NCBI GenBank assembly: GCA_010015805.1
Contig: ML978122.1
Location: forward strand, 1,336,453-1,400,452
Origin: Rhizodiscina lignyota
Taxonomy: Eukaryota
Length of the DNA stretch: 64,000 bases
Reading direction: 5' to 3'
This document shows, piece after piece, positions 1 through 11,183 of this stretch. A program made the position numbers and the translations under genes. Each line of letters starts with the position of its first letter. Position 1 is the stretch's first letter. The notes under the pieces were generated by a model. It did not search any database, was not told where the DNA came from, and worked only from the letters and a program-made list of their open reading frames with translations.

Positions 1-2440
1 CGTTCAAAGACAAGATACCCAAGCCCTCGTCAGTTGATTGTAGGATGTCGCTGTAATCGGTACCCGATTCCCGTCGCGTGCCCATGCTCCAAAAGCTCTT
101 GAGACTACCCCATCGGCTGCCTGCTGGCTGAGACTCTGTACTACTGCCAGTGCTGTTGCGATTGAGTGCGCTGACCAGATTTGCGGATGCAAGGCTCCCA
201 CTGCTACCAGGCCGACGGTGGAGCGCTCGGCCTGCGAGATCGGTGGATGAATTCGTGCGCTGAATTGCAAAATGTGCAGCAGGCACCCCAGTGTCCGGCG
301 TGATCGTTGAAGTCGTCGTGGCACTGGCCTTCCGCAACGTAGCGTCTTCTTCGGGGGAGAGGGTTATCGGGGCGCGCAAGATCGAGCGGGCTTCTGATCC
401 ACGGCGAGAGCGCTCACCATCATCGCCAGAGAGATCGTTGCCGCTGAGAGTGCGCTCATCGGCAGATTCTCCTCTGTGGCCACCACGGCCTGATGGTAGG
501 CGCGTCCGTGAAGAACTTGCGTGACCTCTTCGATTAATGGTCCGTCTCAGTGACTCTTGCCGTCCGATTGTTGCCATTCCCGGCGGAGACTGTGAGTATC
601 CGCGAAGAGATACAGCAGTGCCAGGACGGCCGGGAGAGCTTGTACCCTCATGACTTGGGTGACTAGAGGGCAAGAATGCGGACAGTAAAAATATCAGCCT
701 CCGAGCTGCCATCTTGTTGTCCGTGATGATGATGGTACGATTCGGAATCGTCAGGTCGTCGTTCAGTTTGGCGTTCTGCTGCTCCTTGTACCGTTTCCGG
801 TGCCATTTTGGCCCGAAGACTCTCATCCAATCCGTGTGCTGGCCCAGAAAGGCAGTCATGAGGTTCTCGAGGAAAAAGCTCTGCTCTCGAGCGCCAGCCC
901 ATTTGCCTAGCCAGATTGCCTCTTCACGCCAAATGCCCCAGCGGCCTTGACCGGTGCGCACTCGGGGTAATTTGATGCCACGGACAATCCTGCGTCCGGC
1001 CGACTCAGCAATCTTTTTCATGTCCTCATCAGCAGTCAATGCACCAGGCTGAAGCTGAGGCCGGTATGCCCGCACCTGGGGCTTCAGTAGAGCCAAGATC
1101 TTCTCTTGAGCGAGGTATTGCAGTGCAGTCAATGTGCGGGAGATGATGTCCCAGTGCTGACCAATAAGATCTACGCGATCATCGACGTCGCTGTTAAACG
1201 AGCTCGACAGCATTGAGTCCACCCCGAAAACAGAGTCAACAAAGGACCAGCCTCCACTTCGACCTTCAGAGCCAAGGGAGGAGGCGACAGAATCGCTTCC
1301 ATGCTGCATAGGTGGGAAGTAGCCAGACCTATTGCGGCGAGGTGCATTCGGTGGAGGAGCAACAGGCAGTTGAATGATGAGCGAGATGCCGTACATAGGG
1401 AGCGAATGTGATTTGCCCTGCGACGGAAGAAGACGGAGCTGCTTTCCACCAATGCCACCACCATTAGCGTTCTTCGGAAATGGAAACCCTCCTGATGGAT
1501 TGGGATTCGCAGGTGTCGGCGTAGTTTCGTTTGGCGTGGCCACTCCTTCTCCGCCATCGACGAGCGGGACTGAAAAGGTCCTGCTTATTAGCACCGTCCG
1601 CCTTCTGACGTCTCTGACTGGCGTATGTGGTGTACGTCCACCATCAGAGCCCGTATTGGCCGGAGGGTCGCCTGGAGTGTAAGATTTGGCCAAGTGACTC
1701 CGGCGCTGCCCTCCAACTTTGCCAAATGATGCAGGACCGTCGGCAAACGTTGGACTCGAGAGGACAGTCTCATTCGGCTTCTGCTCAAGTGGAATGATGT
1801 GAATTCTATTGCTCGTGCCCTTGTAGCTCGACTGCGCGTTTTCAAACATGCACTCCAGCGCAGTCTTGACCATGTCTTCTGATTCTCGATGGCGCGCTTG
1901 TGCAGTCTCGTCGATGAATGGCAACGGCGTCGAAATCGACGTGTTTCGGAGTCTGTTGCGCTGAAAGGCGCCTCCCGAGCCAAATGAGCTGGGCGAGCGT
2001 CGTCCTCCATCTTGGCTGACGACCGAAGATCTTCGCGACGGAGGTGCTGTGGCGGACGCTTTCAATCCTCGTTCGGCAGGGGCCGGATCCCTCTGCACAA
2101 GAGGCGACTCCGGTCTCAAAATAGGCCACGAGTCGAACAGAACGATCTCGTTCTGCGCACCAGTGAAGTTCTGTGCCACCAGTATCCGCACATCTCTCGG
2201 ACTCTCCAAGTCAATGTCTCCAAGTGTACAATCAGTTCCACCTGCTCCACTCAAGGGGAAATCGCCCGGTAACGAGTCGGATAGCGACGCAGGCTGACTG
2301 AGCTGGCCAGCATCGGGGAAAAGCAAGCTTTTGGTATGTGCCTCTTCAGTCTGCGAATCCAGCTGCGCGTGTCGTTGCGGACCTCGTTTCGCTGGAGTGA
2401 TCGATTGAAGGAGTGAACTTAGCATGCTTCGTTCGCTCAT
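1..2440 (-). CDS. LST4: Folliculin-interacting protein (FNIP/Lst4) homologue, 3'-partial (runs off the window start)
   Basis: Not in the ORF track because its stop lies outside the window. Hand translation from ATG 2440 gives MSERSMLSSLLQS...DVRILVAQN...LFDS, LECMFENAQSSYKGTSNRIHIIP (FNIP_N-type), HWDIISRTL and RVRTGQGRWGIWREEA...AFLGQHTDW. The frame is still open at position 1 where spot-checked. Confidence 0.8.
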   Translation of the reverse strand, partial: MSERSMLSSLLQSITPAKRGPQRHAQLDSQTEEAHTKSLLFPDAGQLSQPASLSDSLPGDFPLSGAGGTDCTLGDIDLESPRDVRILVAQNFTGAQNEIVLFDSWPILRPESPLVQRDPAPAERGLKASATAPPSRRSSVVSQDGGRRSPSSFGSGGAFQRNRLRNTSISTPLPFIDETAQARHRESEDMVKTALECMFENAQSSYKGTSNRIHIIPLEQKPNETVLSSPTFADGPASFGKVGGQRRSHLAKSYTPGDPPANTGSDGGRTPHTPVRDVRRRTVLISRTFSVPLVDGGEGVATPNETTPTPANPNPSGGFPFPKNANGGGIGGKQLRLLPSQGKSHSLPMYGISLIIQLPVAPPPNAPRRNRSGYFPPMQHGSDSVASSLGSEGRSGGWSFVDSVFGVDSMLSSSFNSDVDDRVDLIGQHWDIISRTLTALQYLAQEKILALLKPQVRAYRPQLQPGALTADEDMKKIAESAGRRIVRGIKLPRVRTGQGRWGIWREEAIWLGKWAGAREQSFFLENLMTAFLGQHTDWMRVFGPKWHRKRYKEQQNAKLNDDLTIPNRTIIITDNKMAARRLIFLLSAFLPSSHPSHEGTSSPGRPGTAVSLRGYSQSPPGMATIGRQESLRRTINRRGHASSSRTRLPSGRGGHRGESADERTLSGNDLSGDDGERSRRGSEARSILRAPITLSPEEDATLRKASATTTSTITPDTGVPAAHFAIQRTNSSTDLAGRALHRRPGSSGSLASANLVSALNRNSTGSSTESQPAGSRWGSLKSFWSMGTRRESGTDYSDILQSTDEGLGILSLN

Positions 2441-4154
2441 GCTGCTGCAGGTTTATATCGTGCTCGTTCGAATCGTAACAGGTCTTAGCTGTGAGGATCC
2501 GGAGGGAGAGCGGTCAGATCCAGGACCGACACATGCGACTCAGCTCCTGTGACTCGTAGTACGCGTGCCATATGGTGCTTCTGTCCCAAAATTCACTTGG
2601 TTGTTTGCTTAAACTCTGTGTTTGTGCACTCCGTTGCCGCGTGTTGAGTAGCCCGAGCACAGGCACGGGAATGCTCCGGCTATTTGAGGATGACGAAGGA
2701 GTGATGTTTTGAAGACCGATTGAGGGACCGAACGACGGATGGTCTCGTTCTGAGCCGCTGAGAGCCCTCAGAGAGGGGTCAGGAGTTGTAGAGGAGTTGA
2801 AAGAGAAGGCTGGCGGGGGATCTGGTACGTAGGCAGAAGGCGGTGGGAATGATGGCAACGGAAAATAGCGGTGAACGCAGCACTTGTAGAGCACGCAGAT
2901 CGCGGCGCTTCGACGCAGCACCGGATTGGCAGCTCGTGCTCGACGTGATGGAGCAGAGCAGTACAATTGAGGGACGAGGGGACTCGCGAGGCCGGTGAAG
3001 AAGGAGAAATTGGTCGTGTGAGGGCCGGCGGGCTTTGTTCGACCTTCCTTCGTCAGCGGCTCAAGCTCGTGGGTTTTTTGGCGGTCGATGGCCGGTTCAG
3101 CAGCCGATATGCCCCTGTCGCTCTCAGCACAACCCTGCCGAGATCACGATTCGCTCTCGCGGCCCTTGCGAAGCCCTTGCAAGTGCTCAAGTGCCGAAAT
3201 TGTGGGTGGAACGCGGAGGGTGAGGCGTGTGCGATTATTTCAATAAAGGTGCGTATCCCAATGCAGACAGACAACGAGGCTCCTGGCAGTCTTTAGGCAG
3301 GCTGCTGCATAACAAACTTCAACATCCACGCTATACCGATATGTCTTAAGCTTAGAAAGACGACATGGAAAGGACCGCGGCGCCGTCGAGATTGCAGACC
3401 CAATTATCTATTTACCTTAGCATGCCGCTTCCCTGCCGCTGCCATGCCGCTGCTTGGACGATGGCTCGATCAGTCGATCACAGGCGTAGCAAGTGTGAAG
3501 CCTAAACAGCAAACATCCGCGACATAAGACGCTCCCACCGTCCTGCGAACACCTTCATCGACCCTTTCCGGCATCGGAATTGACCGCATAAGTCCCATTA
3601 AATCGGCTTCGTCTGCCTTCTTCCGAATCACGGCGGCATTCCTTCGGCTAGAGGCCTGTCAGGATCCATGTGCGCTTCCTGGACCTAGCCCATGTGTGCT
3701 GACCCAGCCTCACCCCATTTGGTTCTGCAATGAGCGAGTCATCCCAGACCACTGACAGAGCCGTCGGCGATAACGCGGGCCAAACGAAATGGAAGAAACG
3801 CAATATAGAACTTCACAAATCCTCTTTTGGTCAATGGTGTTGAGGTTCAGCTGACCTCCAAATATATTAGGCTATACGACGCAATATCCATCTAGAAAGC
3901 AAGATGGACGTTGCACAACATATATGCGGAGAGGGCCGGCGCGATCCTCCGCCTGCCGTTGAGCTTCCTACCCCAGAAAGCGTTGTATCCAATTGAATCT
4001 CAGTGATCTGCAAGAGAGCCATATTTCTACGGCCGAACCGTGGCATTGGGAGAGACCAGGCCATGTGAAAATCAGTATAGTTCAACTCCCAAGATGCCTT
4101 TTGCTCAAGACTCTGTCGAGTGAATTAGGGCTTTGTTACTCCACCACCAACTCG

Positions 4155-7100
4155 CTATTCTGGGCCTTTCTCCTCCTGTGGAGTCCCACTTTCACTTCCT
4201 CCGCTCGTTCCGCTACTGACTAGACTTATCCTGCTAGCGGCACTTTCCCTCCCGCTCCTGGCTTGCAGGACGGGGGAGTGCCAGCTGGATCTCGTCGTCA
4301 GGCTCGGTGGAAGCCCCAAACTGGGGATCTTCTCGTCCGGCACCGGGGCCAGATGTGGACTGGGGCTTGCACGAGGCTTCAGGGCCTCTTGATAAAATGC
4401 ACGAAGCCATTGGACGTCGTTGCAATGGCTCTCGAAAATATCCTTGATCTGCTCAGCGGTGCGGTAGGGCGTGTCTGGCTGAGTGTTGGGACTATGCTCA
4501 GTGGAGTGCTGCAAGGCCGCATTGAGAAGTGGTTCTGGGCCTGGAGCAGCGCGCACTAGGGGTGAGGCGAATGGAGACCATCGACCAGGGTCTTTGTCCT
4601 TGATGTTGGTGTGCACAGTCGTGTTTGCGAAACGTCGTGAACTTTGTGTATTCTCGTCTTCTCTCTTGTCGAATTTGCCAAAGTCCTTCGCCGCCACAGC
4701 TCGGTTGTTGTAAAGCCTATTTGCAAGGAGGAGGAAGTCACCTTCGCCCGTTATTTGAACGAGGAGGACACCAGACTTGTGAATGTATTGCATAAATCGG
4801 TAGGTTGGCTTGCCCCAGGAGTACGAGACTTCGATGTCGGTCGGAAAGTTGGAAACCGCCTCAGCGTCGAGGACAAAATCAAGCTTTCGTAGCACGGCTT
4901 TGTGATAGAAGTATTTGTCGGACTGAAGGTGAGGGGTGAATGAGGTCGTGTCGAAATACTGAGCAGAGCTTGGCGTCGGTGGAGGAGGCTCGGCAAGCTT
5001 GACAATGTATGGAGAGCGAAACGGCGAACTGTCTGTGATGGCAGACGCTTCGGAAATAGGGACTTCTACGAGTCGAAGACCATATCGCTCAACTGTGCTA
5101 GCCCAGGTCACAATTGCATCTTCGATCAGCTTGGCTGTGACATTCATCCAATCGAGGCGAATGTGGTAGCAGTTGTCAGGGTTGTGTAGGCGGTCGTAGT
5201 GCAAGTTGATGACTTCTGGCCTGTACGACCTCTTGCGAGGATCTAAATCGTAACGCAAACAACGACCGAGTTCGACCTTTCTCTTTGTTGGTTCTTCCTT
5301 TGTTGGGGTCTTTTCGCCTGAACTGGCTGAGGAACTCGTTGACGGCCTCGATGTCGGTCGTGGCGTACCTAACGGATTCTTCGTAATTTCTGCTAAAGGT
5401 GTGTGGGGAACGGACTTATCAGTCCGTGGGGTTCTAAACCAACCTGCTTTTGATTCAGGCCGAACTCGGTATTCGCTCGCGATTTGGTAGAAGTATTGGC
5501 CGTCCCGGAACGCATGCTTCTTCTGTACATGGTGAAAGAGTCCGCGCTCCATAAGTTGATTGCCTATATCCACTGCTTCTTCACGAGACTCAATGTCTCT
5601 GAAGTTCTGCAGCAGCCAACTGGTAAGATCGAAACCAACGAAACAATTGTAATGCAATCGCCAATGCCAGCGTCGGTCGAGCATCTTGATTCCCCTTTCG
5701 CCTTGCAGATCTTGGGCAAGTTTTTGGATGTCAATGTTAGAGGTCTCATAAGGTTCGGTCTCGTTGAAAATTTGCGTAACGAACGGCGCCCCATCTTGAT
5801 CAAGGAGTAGAGAGCTTTCTGGGCCAGCGGCGACTACGGTAGAAGGATCTCGGGTCTGGTATTCGATGGCTAATGGGTTTGCATCTTTTGTTTTTCGCGT
5901 CCGAAGCTTTAAGAGCGGCTCCTCATCAAGCACCCGGTGGCGCTGCCATATTTGCGTCAATTTGTAGATGCCTTCTAGACGCAGTTCCTCAGCAGTATCT
6001 TCAGCATAGACTGGAAGGGTGCGGCGATTCTTTGGTAGATTAACCGGTATCAAGACAAATCTGGCTCGCCAGAAGCGTAGCGTATCAGACATATCGTGAT
6101 GGTAGCCAGCCAGGAACGTGTCGATAAAGTTCCAGTTGTACTCCAACCGAGGTGGTTTGAGAGCGATGGGAGCTAACTCGTAATCTTTCGCAAGAGCGGT
6201 GCGAATGTAAGGCTTGTACGTTACCGTGAATGGTTTCGCGGCGGTAGATTCCATGCCCAGCGGCGATTTTCTGTTGAATCGACGGACCTGGACTTCATTC
6301 CCAGCGGCGCAAACTATCTGATGGATGGCATTGCCCACTGACATCAGAGCTGCATCGCCATCTTTGGACATGTAATCCTTGTTAAAGATGTTTGCTAAGT
6401 CGTCTTCGGGGACACCCAAGAACTCGGCTGCGGCCCTTCCGACTATGAATTGAAAGCCATGGGAAAGCCGCGACGAGATGAGTTCTCGTATTAAGATCTC
6501 TCTGACTTTCGACGGCTCAAGGTTGCTGTCCTCCATGTTTGGTGAGAGGTTATATGGACTTTCATGATATTCGTCGGCTAGTTGAGCTGCCGTTGGAAAG
6601 TACTCGTTTGTCAGCGGCACAGAGGCTGGGGAGCAGAGAGACTTCCACTTCATAGATGAAGTACGCAAAGGCTTTGGAAAGACATGCTGCCACCTGCGGA
6701 ATTGACTGTTCACGTCGAAGTCGTTCTTCTTCGGGTTACATGGATTTACCAGCACCAGCCAAGGTGCCAGAGCGCTTGTGGGCGATAGAGCTTTAGAGAC
6801 TGGTAGCGCATCTCCACTACTAGACAGAGCAGGCCTAGGACCGGCTCTTTGAGATGCTGAAGCTGCGTAAAGGATTGCACTTGAGTCTTTCGAACTGACA
6901 GACGCCAGTTTTTGGCCCTTCCCGGGAGATCCCAACTCTTTTATGGTATCTTGAGAGCCGGCTACGTCTTTGGTTTGCGTCCGCTCGAGGGTCCTAGCTC
7001 TTCCGATGGCAATCGGCTGGCTTCTGCTCTCCTCAGATGGGTCTGAGTCTTTACTTGACGCTGTAGTTGGAGTGCTTGGCCTTGGAACTGGCCGATTGAG

Positions 7101-9389
7101 GCTCGCTTTGATCTTTTTGGTGAAGCCTGATATATTTTCACCGTTCGCACGCTTGTCTCCTTCCCGTGTGAAAGTGGGCACAGCTGCAGTTGACGAAGCG
7201 AACACAACCTCAGTGCTTGCGACGGCTTTCGAAGCCCCAAAGCCTGCGCCCCCGAAGCTAATTTGGCGCAAAAGCTTGGTAGGATTGAACGTACCACTCT
7301 CAGCATTCGATAATAGACTTGCATTGCTAGTCTTCCGGCGCGGTCCTGGCGGACGAGTCGCAGTAGTAGCCTTCAGTCTCCAATCCAGGAAGCTGTTTCG
7401 GTTTGGTGTAGATTTCTCCTCGTTCGACGAGTCCTCGGAAACTGTTTTATCATCAACTGCAGCCGCAGCATTATCCACCTCCGTCGTCTTTATCGAACCG
7501 TTTTGTTGCGCAGATTGTGTAATCCGGTCATTACCGAACACATCATCATCATACTGGTCCATCCAGCCTTTGTCGAGCTTCCTGAGATATCCCCGGTCAA
7601 CTTTCGTAACCGGCAAACCAGTGAGCTCATTCTTGAGTTTGTGCCAGGGATGTAGATCATTGTCGTGCATCAGTTCGATAGAAATGTTGCTCATATCGTT
7701 TTCCATGATACCCATCATCTGCAACTCATACAGGTTACAGCGAACATTGAACGTCGAGTCTCGAACGACCTTTAACCCAGACTTCGACTTCTTTGCAGAT
7801 GAGAGTGGCACAAGAGACGATCCCTCATCCACCGAACCGGTCCAAAAGGAAATGTCAACCCAATGGGGCATTGCATATCGCCAGCCATCGTCACCAGAGT
7901 GGGATTCAAGCTCCGAATTGTCGGTTATTGCATCGCTTAACACGAGCGACTGACTTAAAGAAGCCAGAAGAGAGGTCCCGATGAATCGAGGATTTCGATA
8001 TCTGAATAGAGGAACAGAGTGCAGAGGCATCGGGGCGAGCGACACCAGATCTAGGCCAATACCACTACCAATGAGAGTGTCGGTTGTCAGCTTGAGCATG
8101 CTGTAGTCCACTTCGAAGATGCCGCTTCCAGCAGTGATGATAACGATGGAGATGCCTGTACGCACTAGATCTCGATCGATGTAGTCTTTGGAATATTGCG
8201 CCGAGGCCAGATTGATCGCTTCCAAGATATTGCCTTTTGATGCACTAGAAGGTTTACCGGTAATGATCGAGTCGGGATGCGAGCCACTACTGCCAGTGCT
8301 TCTTTTGTTTATGGTCACATCACGCAGAAACGTTCGAAACTCCCTCTTCAGTTGATACAGAATCTTGATCCAGTCGCCACTGGACATGTCACTGACGACG
8401 ACCCTGTAGAAATCCTGTGACTTGCCGGTCTGACGAACAGTCTCCATGATGGGTTCATCCACCGCGCGGTCATACTCGATCCGGCTGAACAGAACGATAG
8501 TCACCAGATGTCGAGCGCTGATAGCTGTCCACTTTTTGAAGAGATCAGGCAAAAAGCCATTAATGACCTTGTTGAACATGATCTCTCCAGAGCCTTGGGC
8601 GTCAAACTCCCACATCTCTTTGGACATCTGAATAAAGAGGACGTATCTGGCGGATTCGCTCCGGAAGATGGGTTTCGTGGAAGTGGTGAAGTAACCGGAC
8701 TTTCGGCGCTGTCCATCAATGTACACCTGCTTCACTGTCGCCTTGATGGTGCCCATGAACATGAGCTTCTGATCTTTGTACACGGTGCGATTCGCCAGCT
8801 CGTTTATCGCCATCCTCCACATGTCAGAACGCGCGAGGTATTCATCCCTGAAAGTAATCTCTACATGAGATGCCCATTGTGCTGAGTCTGCTTTCGCCAC
8901 TACCACTTGCATTCGGCTACGAAAGCCTAATGCAGTTGCAATTGCAGCTGACACAGAGATGTACAGGCTCGTATGTTTCGATTTCTGCTCAGCGGTCGCA
9001 TCCTGGACAACAAAGACATAAGCCCTCTGGGCATCCACTGGCCGTCCATTCTGGATTTGCGACCCATTCTCGTCGATCGTGACCGTCAGTGAGGCTCTTC
9101 GCTCCCTCCGAGGCGCCCCATCACTCGCTGGCAGATCTGTGGTGGATTCAATGTTCGTTCCACTCCTTGCCTGAGCGCCACTCGCGACATTTTGAGGTGT
9201 CTGCTGAAAATCGCGTACAGCGATATTATTTTGCCCCAGTGCAACCACTTTCGCCAGAGATCCAGGGTTCAGCTCGAGCTCGGGGAATTTGTCGAGGTTG
9301 AAAACCACGTCGCTCTCGGAAAACGTCTTGTCGTGCGTCCAGAGAGTGCATATCTTCTGGATCTTCCTCCTCTTCGCCGGGTGCTCCAT
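4155..9389 (-). CDS. IML1: Vacuolar membrane-associated protein Iml1/Sea1 (DEPDC5 orthologue, SEACIT/GATOR1 subunit), 1744 aa
   Basis: Single long ORF with IML1-domain motifs (FRSESARYVLFIQMSKEMWEFD, GNILEAINLA, DRDLVRTG), RRWQHVFP, and a DEP domain (DRRWHWRLHYNCFVGFDLTSWL...LFHHV...F.DG.YFY). Confidence 0.95.
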   Translation of the reverse strand: MEHPAKRRKIQKICTLWTHDKTFSESDVVFNLDKFPELELNPGSLAKVVALGQNNIAVRDFQQTPQNVASGAQARSGTNIESTTDLPASDGAPRRERRASLTVTIDENGSQIQNGRPVDAQRAYVFVVQDATAEQKSKHTSLYISVSAAIATALGFRSRMQVVVAKADSAQWASHVEITFRDEYLARSDMWRMAINELANRTVYKDQKLMFMGTIKATVKQVYIDGQRRKSGYFTTSTKPIFRSESARYVLFIQMSKEMWEFDAQGSGEIMFNKVINGFLPDLFKKWTAISARHLVTIVLFSRIEYDRAVDEPIMETVRQTGKSQDFYRVVVSDMSSGDWIKILYQLKREFRTFLRDVTINKRSTGSSGSHPDSIITGKPSSASKGNILEAINLASAQYSKDYIDRDLVRTGISIVIITAGSGIFEVDYSMLKLTTDTLIGSGIGLDLVSLAPMPLHSVPLFRYRNPRFIGTSLLASLSQSLVLSDAITDNSELESHSGDDGWRYAMPHWVDISFWTGSVDEGSSLVPLSSAKKSKSGLKVVRDSTFNVRCNLYELQMMGIMENDMSNISIELMHDNDLHPWHKLKNELTGLPVTKVDRGYLRKLDKGWMDQYDDDVFGNDRITQSAQQNGSIKTTEVDNAAAAVDDKTVSEDSSNEEKSTPNRNSFLDWRLKATTATRPPGPRRKTSNASLLSNAESGTFNPTKLLRQISFGGAGFGASKAVASTEVVFASSTAAVPTFTREGDKRANGENISGFTKKIKASLNRPVPRPSTPTTASSKDSDPSEESRSQPIAIGRARTLERTQTKDVAGSQDTIKELGSPGKGQKLASVSSKDSSAILYAASASQRAGPRPALSSSGDALPVSKALSPTSALAPWLVLVNPCNPKKNDFDVNSQFRRWQHVFPKPLRTSSMKWKSLCSPASVPLTNEYFPTAAQLADEYHESPYNLSPNMEDSNLEPSKVREILIRELISSRLSHGFQFIVGRAAAEFLGVPEDDLANIFNKDYMSKDGDAALMSVGNAIHQIVCAAGNEVQVRRFNRKSPLGMESTAAKPFTVTYKPYIRTALAKDYELAPIALKPPRLEYNWNFIDTFLAGYHHDMSDTLRFWRARFVLIPVNLPKNRRTLPVYAEDTAEELRLEGIYKLTQIWQRHRVLDEEPLLKLRTRKTKDANPLAIEYQTRDPSTVVAAGPESSLLLDQDGAPFVTQIFNETEPYETSNIDIQKLAQDLQGERGIKMLDRRWHWRLHYNCFVGFDLTSWLLQNFRDIESREEAVDIGNQLMERGLFHHVQKKHAFRDGQYFYQIASEYRVRPESKAGWFRTPRTDKSVPHTPLAEITKNPLGTPRPTSRPSTSSSASSGEKTPTKEEPTKRKVELGRCLRYDLDPRKRSYRPEVINLHYDRLHNPDNCYHIRLDWMNVTAKLIEDAIVTWASTVERYGLRLVEVPISEASAITDSSPFRSPYIVKLAEPPPPTPSSAQYFDTTSFTPHLQSDKYFYHKAVLRKLDFVLDAEAVSNFPTDIEVSYSWGKPTYRFMQYIHKSGVLLVQITGEGDFLLLANRLYNNRAVAAKDFGKFDKREDENTQSSRRFANTTVHTNIKDKDPGRWSPFASPLVRAAPGPEPLLNAALQHSTEHSPNTQPDTPYRTAEQIKDIFESHCNDVQWLRAFYQEALKPRASPSPHLAPVPDEKIPSLGLPPSLTTRSSWHSPVLQARSGRESAASRISLVSSGTSGGSESGTPQEEKGPE

Positions 9390-9875
9390 GACGGCCGCTC
9401 ACATGGAGTCGAGGATGTTGAGTGTGGAGGCGACAGAAACATCGAATCCGGGGCAAGACGCGCTACGCGGATTGGCCGGGGGGTAGGTTGCATAATGGGC
9501 CTCCAAAGTCACCTGACCGCGTTCCGCGCTAGGTAGCGTTCTGCCGGTTTTCGAGGCTCACCGCCCAGCATTGTCGTCACTGCTGGAGGAGGCTGGGGAG
9601 TTTCTATTGTCCACCAACACTCTCAATAGAACAATAAGATGATCATGTAGCACAATCATCCTATTGTCGCGGGCGCGCAGCGCTCTAAGAAATCTTTTCG
9701 TCGCCCCAACTATTAAAGCTCCTCGATTCTTTATTCCATTTCTTCTCTTTCTTCATGTTTCTCAGCTCAAAGCCTCTCCAAACTGCACGCTTCCAGCCAC
9801 CTCAAAGTGCTTTGTGCCTCGAAATACAATTCTCAGCTTGAACCCTCTTCTCTTCCAACTGCACAAATCACAACC

Positions 9876-11183
9876 ATGCGTTTCTTCACCAACGCCATTA
9901 ACTACCTCTGGAGCTTCGTCTCCCCCGCGAGGACAGAAATCTCACGTGCTAGGACTCGATCTCCTTCCAGACGCAACGGCAGTCGAACTCCTTCGGACCT
10001 CGCCGCACGACGCAGATGGCACAAAAAGCACAGGGCGAACTTAAAGGCGCGCAGGTCGAACTCGCAGGCTCCCGAGTCGAACTCAGAGGCTCGCGAAACC
10101 AGCGTCGATTCCGAGATGCTCGATACCGACACCGATACCTCTACTGAACTCGAAAGCAACTCCTCTGTGGACCTAGAAGTCGACACTTCTGCAGACCTCG
10201 AAGGCCCCACCCTTGTCGACTCGTCCCTCGCCCCTCGCACACCTGCATCCCACCGTTTCAGCGCTGAAGACATCGATGGCAACGACACAACCATGGTCAT
10301 GGACGACAAGGAGTACGCGGACAAGGCTCTTCAGGCTGAGGACACATTCGACCCTGTGGCCGAGGCTGAGGCGCGTAAGAAGCGTGCTGATGGGATGCGC
10401 GAAATCGGCTGGTCCGAAGCTGGAATCAACATCGTTCTGAAAATCGAGGCCATGGGAAGGGAGCCCCTGATCCCTAAGACCTGGGAACTGGACTTCGAGA
10501 GCTTGCCATTGGCCCTCTTCAGCTCCGTCGATGAGGAGGTCTTCATCAAGAGCGTGTCTGACAAGGACTTCAGAGGAATCGTTGCCCTGAGGAACCTCAT
10601 CCGCGTCGGCCCCAATTCACGCGACGCCATTGAGTGTCTGCGCTTGAACGTCTCTGCACGAAGGACCCCAGAAGACATTATCAAGAAGACTGTCAAGACC
10701 TACATGAAGTGGGCATACGATGACGCGAACCTGAAGACCACCGGTGGCTCCTCCCTCCCTCCATTGATGGTCATGGTGACCGGCTCGAAGAATGTGGCCG
10801 CGACCACACTGCAAGAGAGAGCTCTGGAGAAGCTCATCGGCCTGGGCGAGAAGTGGAAGCAGGCACTCCGTGGATCCCCCGATGGGGACATGATCGCACC
10901 TCTGCCAACCCTCTATGCCATGGTGGCAACGCACAACACTGTCGGCCTGGCGGCGTATGACGTCGATGTCCGTGACGAGGACGGCACTCCTCTCGATCCA
11001 TTCCTCAGGATCGTCACGCTCTTCAATTTCCGTGACAAGGGTCACGACGTCTGGAACGCCCTGCGCCTGGCGATGGTGGTGGTGCACGTGAGGAATGAGC
11101 TGTGCGTCCTGCGTGACGCGGTGCGTGAGAAGGTGGGCGTGGAGGAGGAGGACGAGGGGGTGGTGGAGGACCCCGACGCATGA
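9876..11183 (+). CDS. Hypothetical protein, 435 aa, with acidic/disordered N-terminus and globular C-terminus
   Basis: Intronless ORF from ATG 9876 (caaccATG, after a pyrimidine-rich leader) with strong C/G-ending codon bias. Divergent from IML1. Confidence 0.85.
   Translation: MRFFTNAINYLWSFVSPARTEISRARTRSPSRRNGSRTPSDLAARRRWHKKHRANLKARRSNSQAPESNSEARETSVDSEMLDTDTDTSTELESNSSVDLEVDTSADLEGPTLVDSSLAPRTPASHRFSAEDIDGNDTTMVMDDKEYADKALQAEDTFDPVAEAEARKKRADGMREIGWSEAGINIVLKIEAMGREPLIPKTWELDFESLPLALFSSVDEEVFIKSVSDKDFRGIVALRNLIRVGPNSRDAIECLRLNVSARRTPEDIIKKTVKTYMKWAYDDANLKTTGGSSLPPLMVMVTGSKNVAATTLQERALEKLIGLGEKWKQALRGSPDGDMIAPLPTLYAMVATHNTVGLAAYDVDVRDEDGTPLDPFLRIVTLFNFRDKGHDVWNALRLAMVVVHVRNELCVLRDAVREKVGVEEEDEGVVEDPDA

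Noticed and set aside
2489..2600. Upstream ATGs (uORFs) in the putative LST4 leader
   Set aside because: The transcript start is unknown and they may lie inside a 5'-UTR intron; regulation cannot be supported.
6970..7953. 327-aa + strand ORF
   Set aside because: Antisense shadow of the Ser/Thr-rich part of IML1; no independent motifs.
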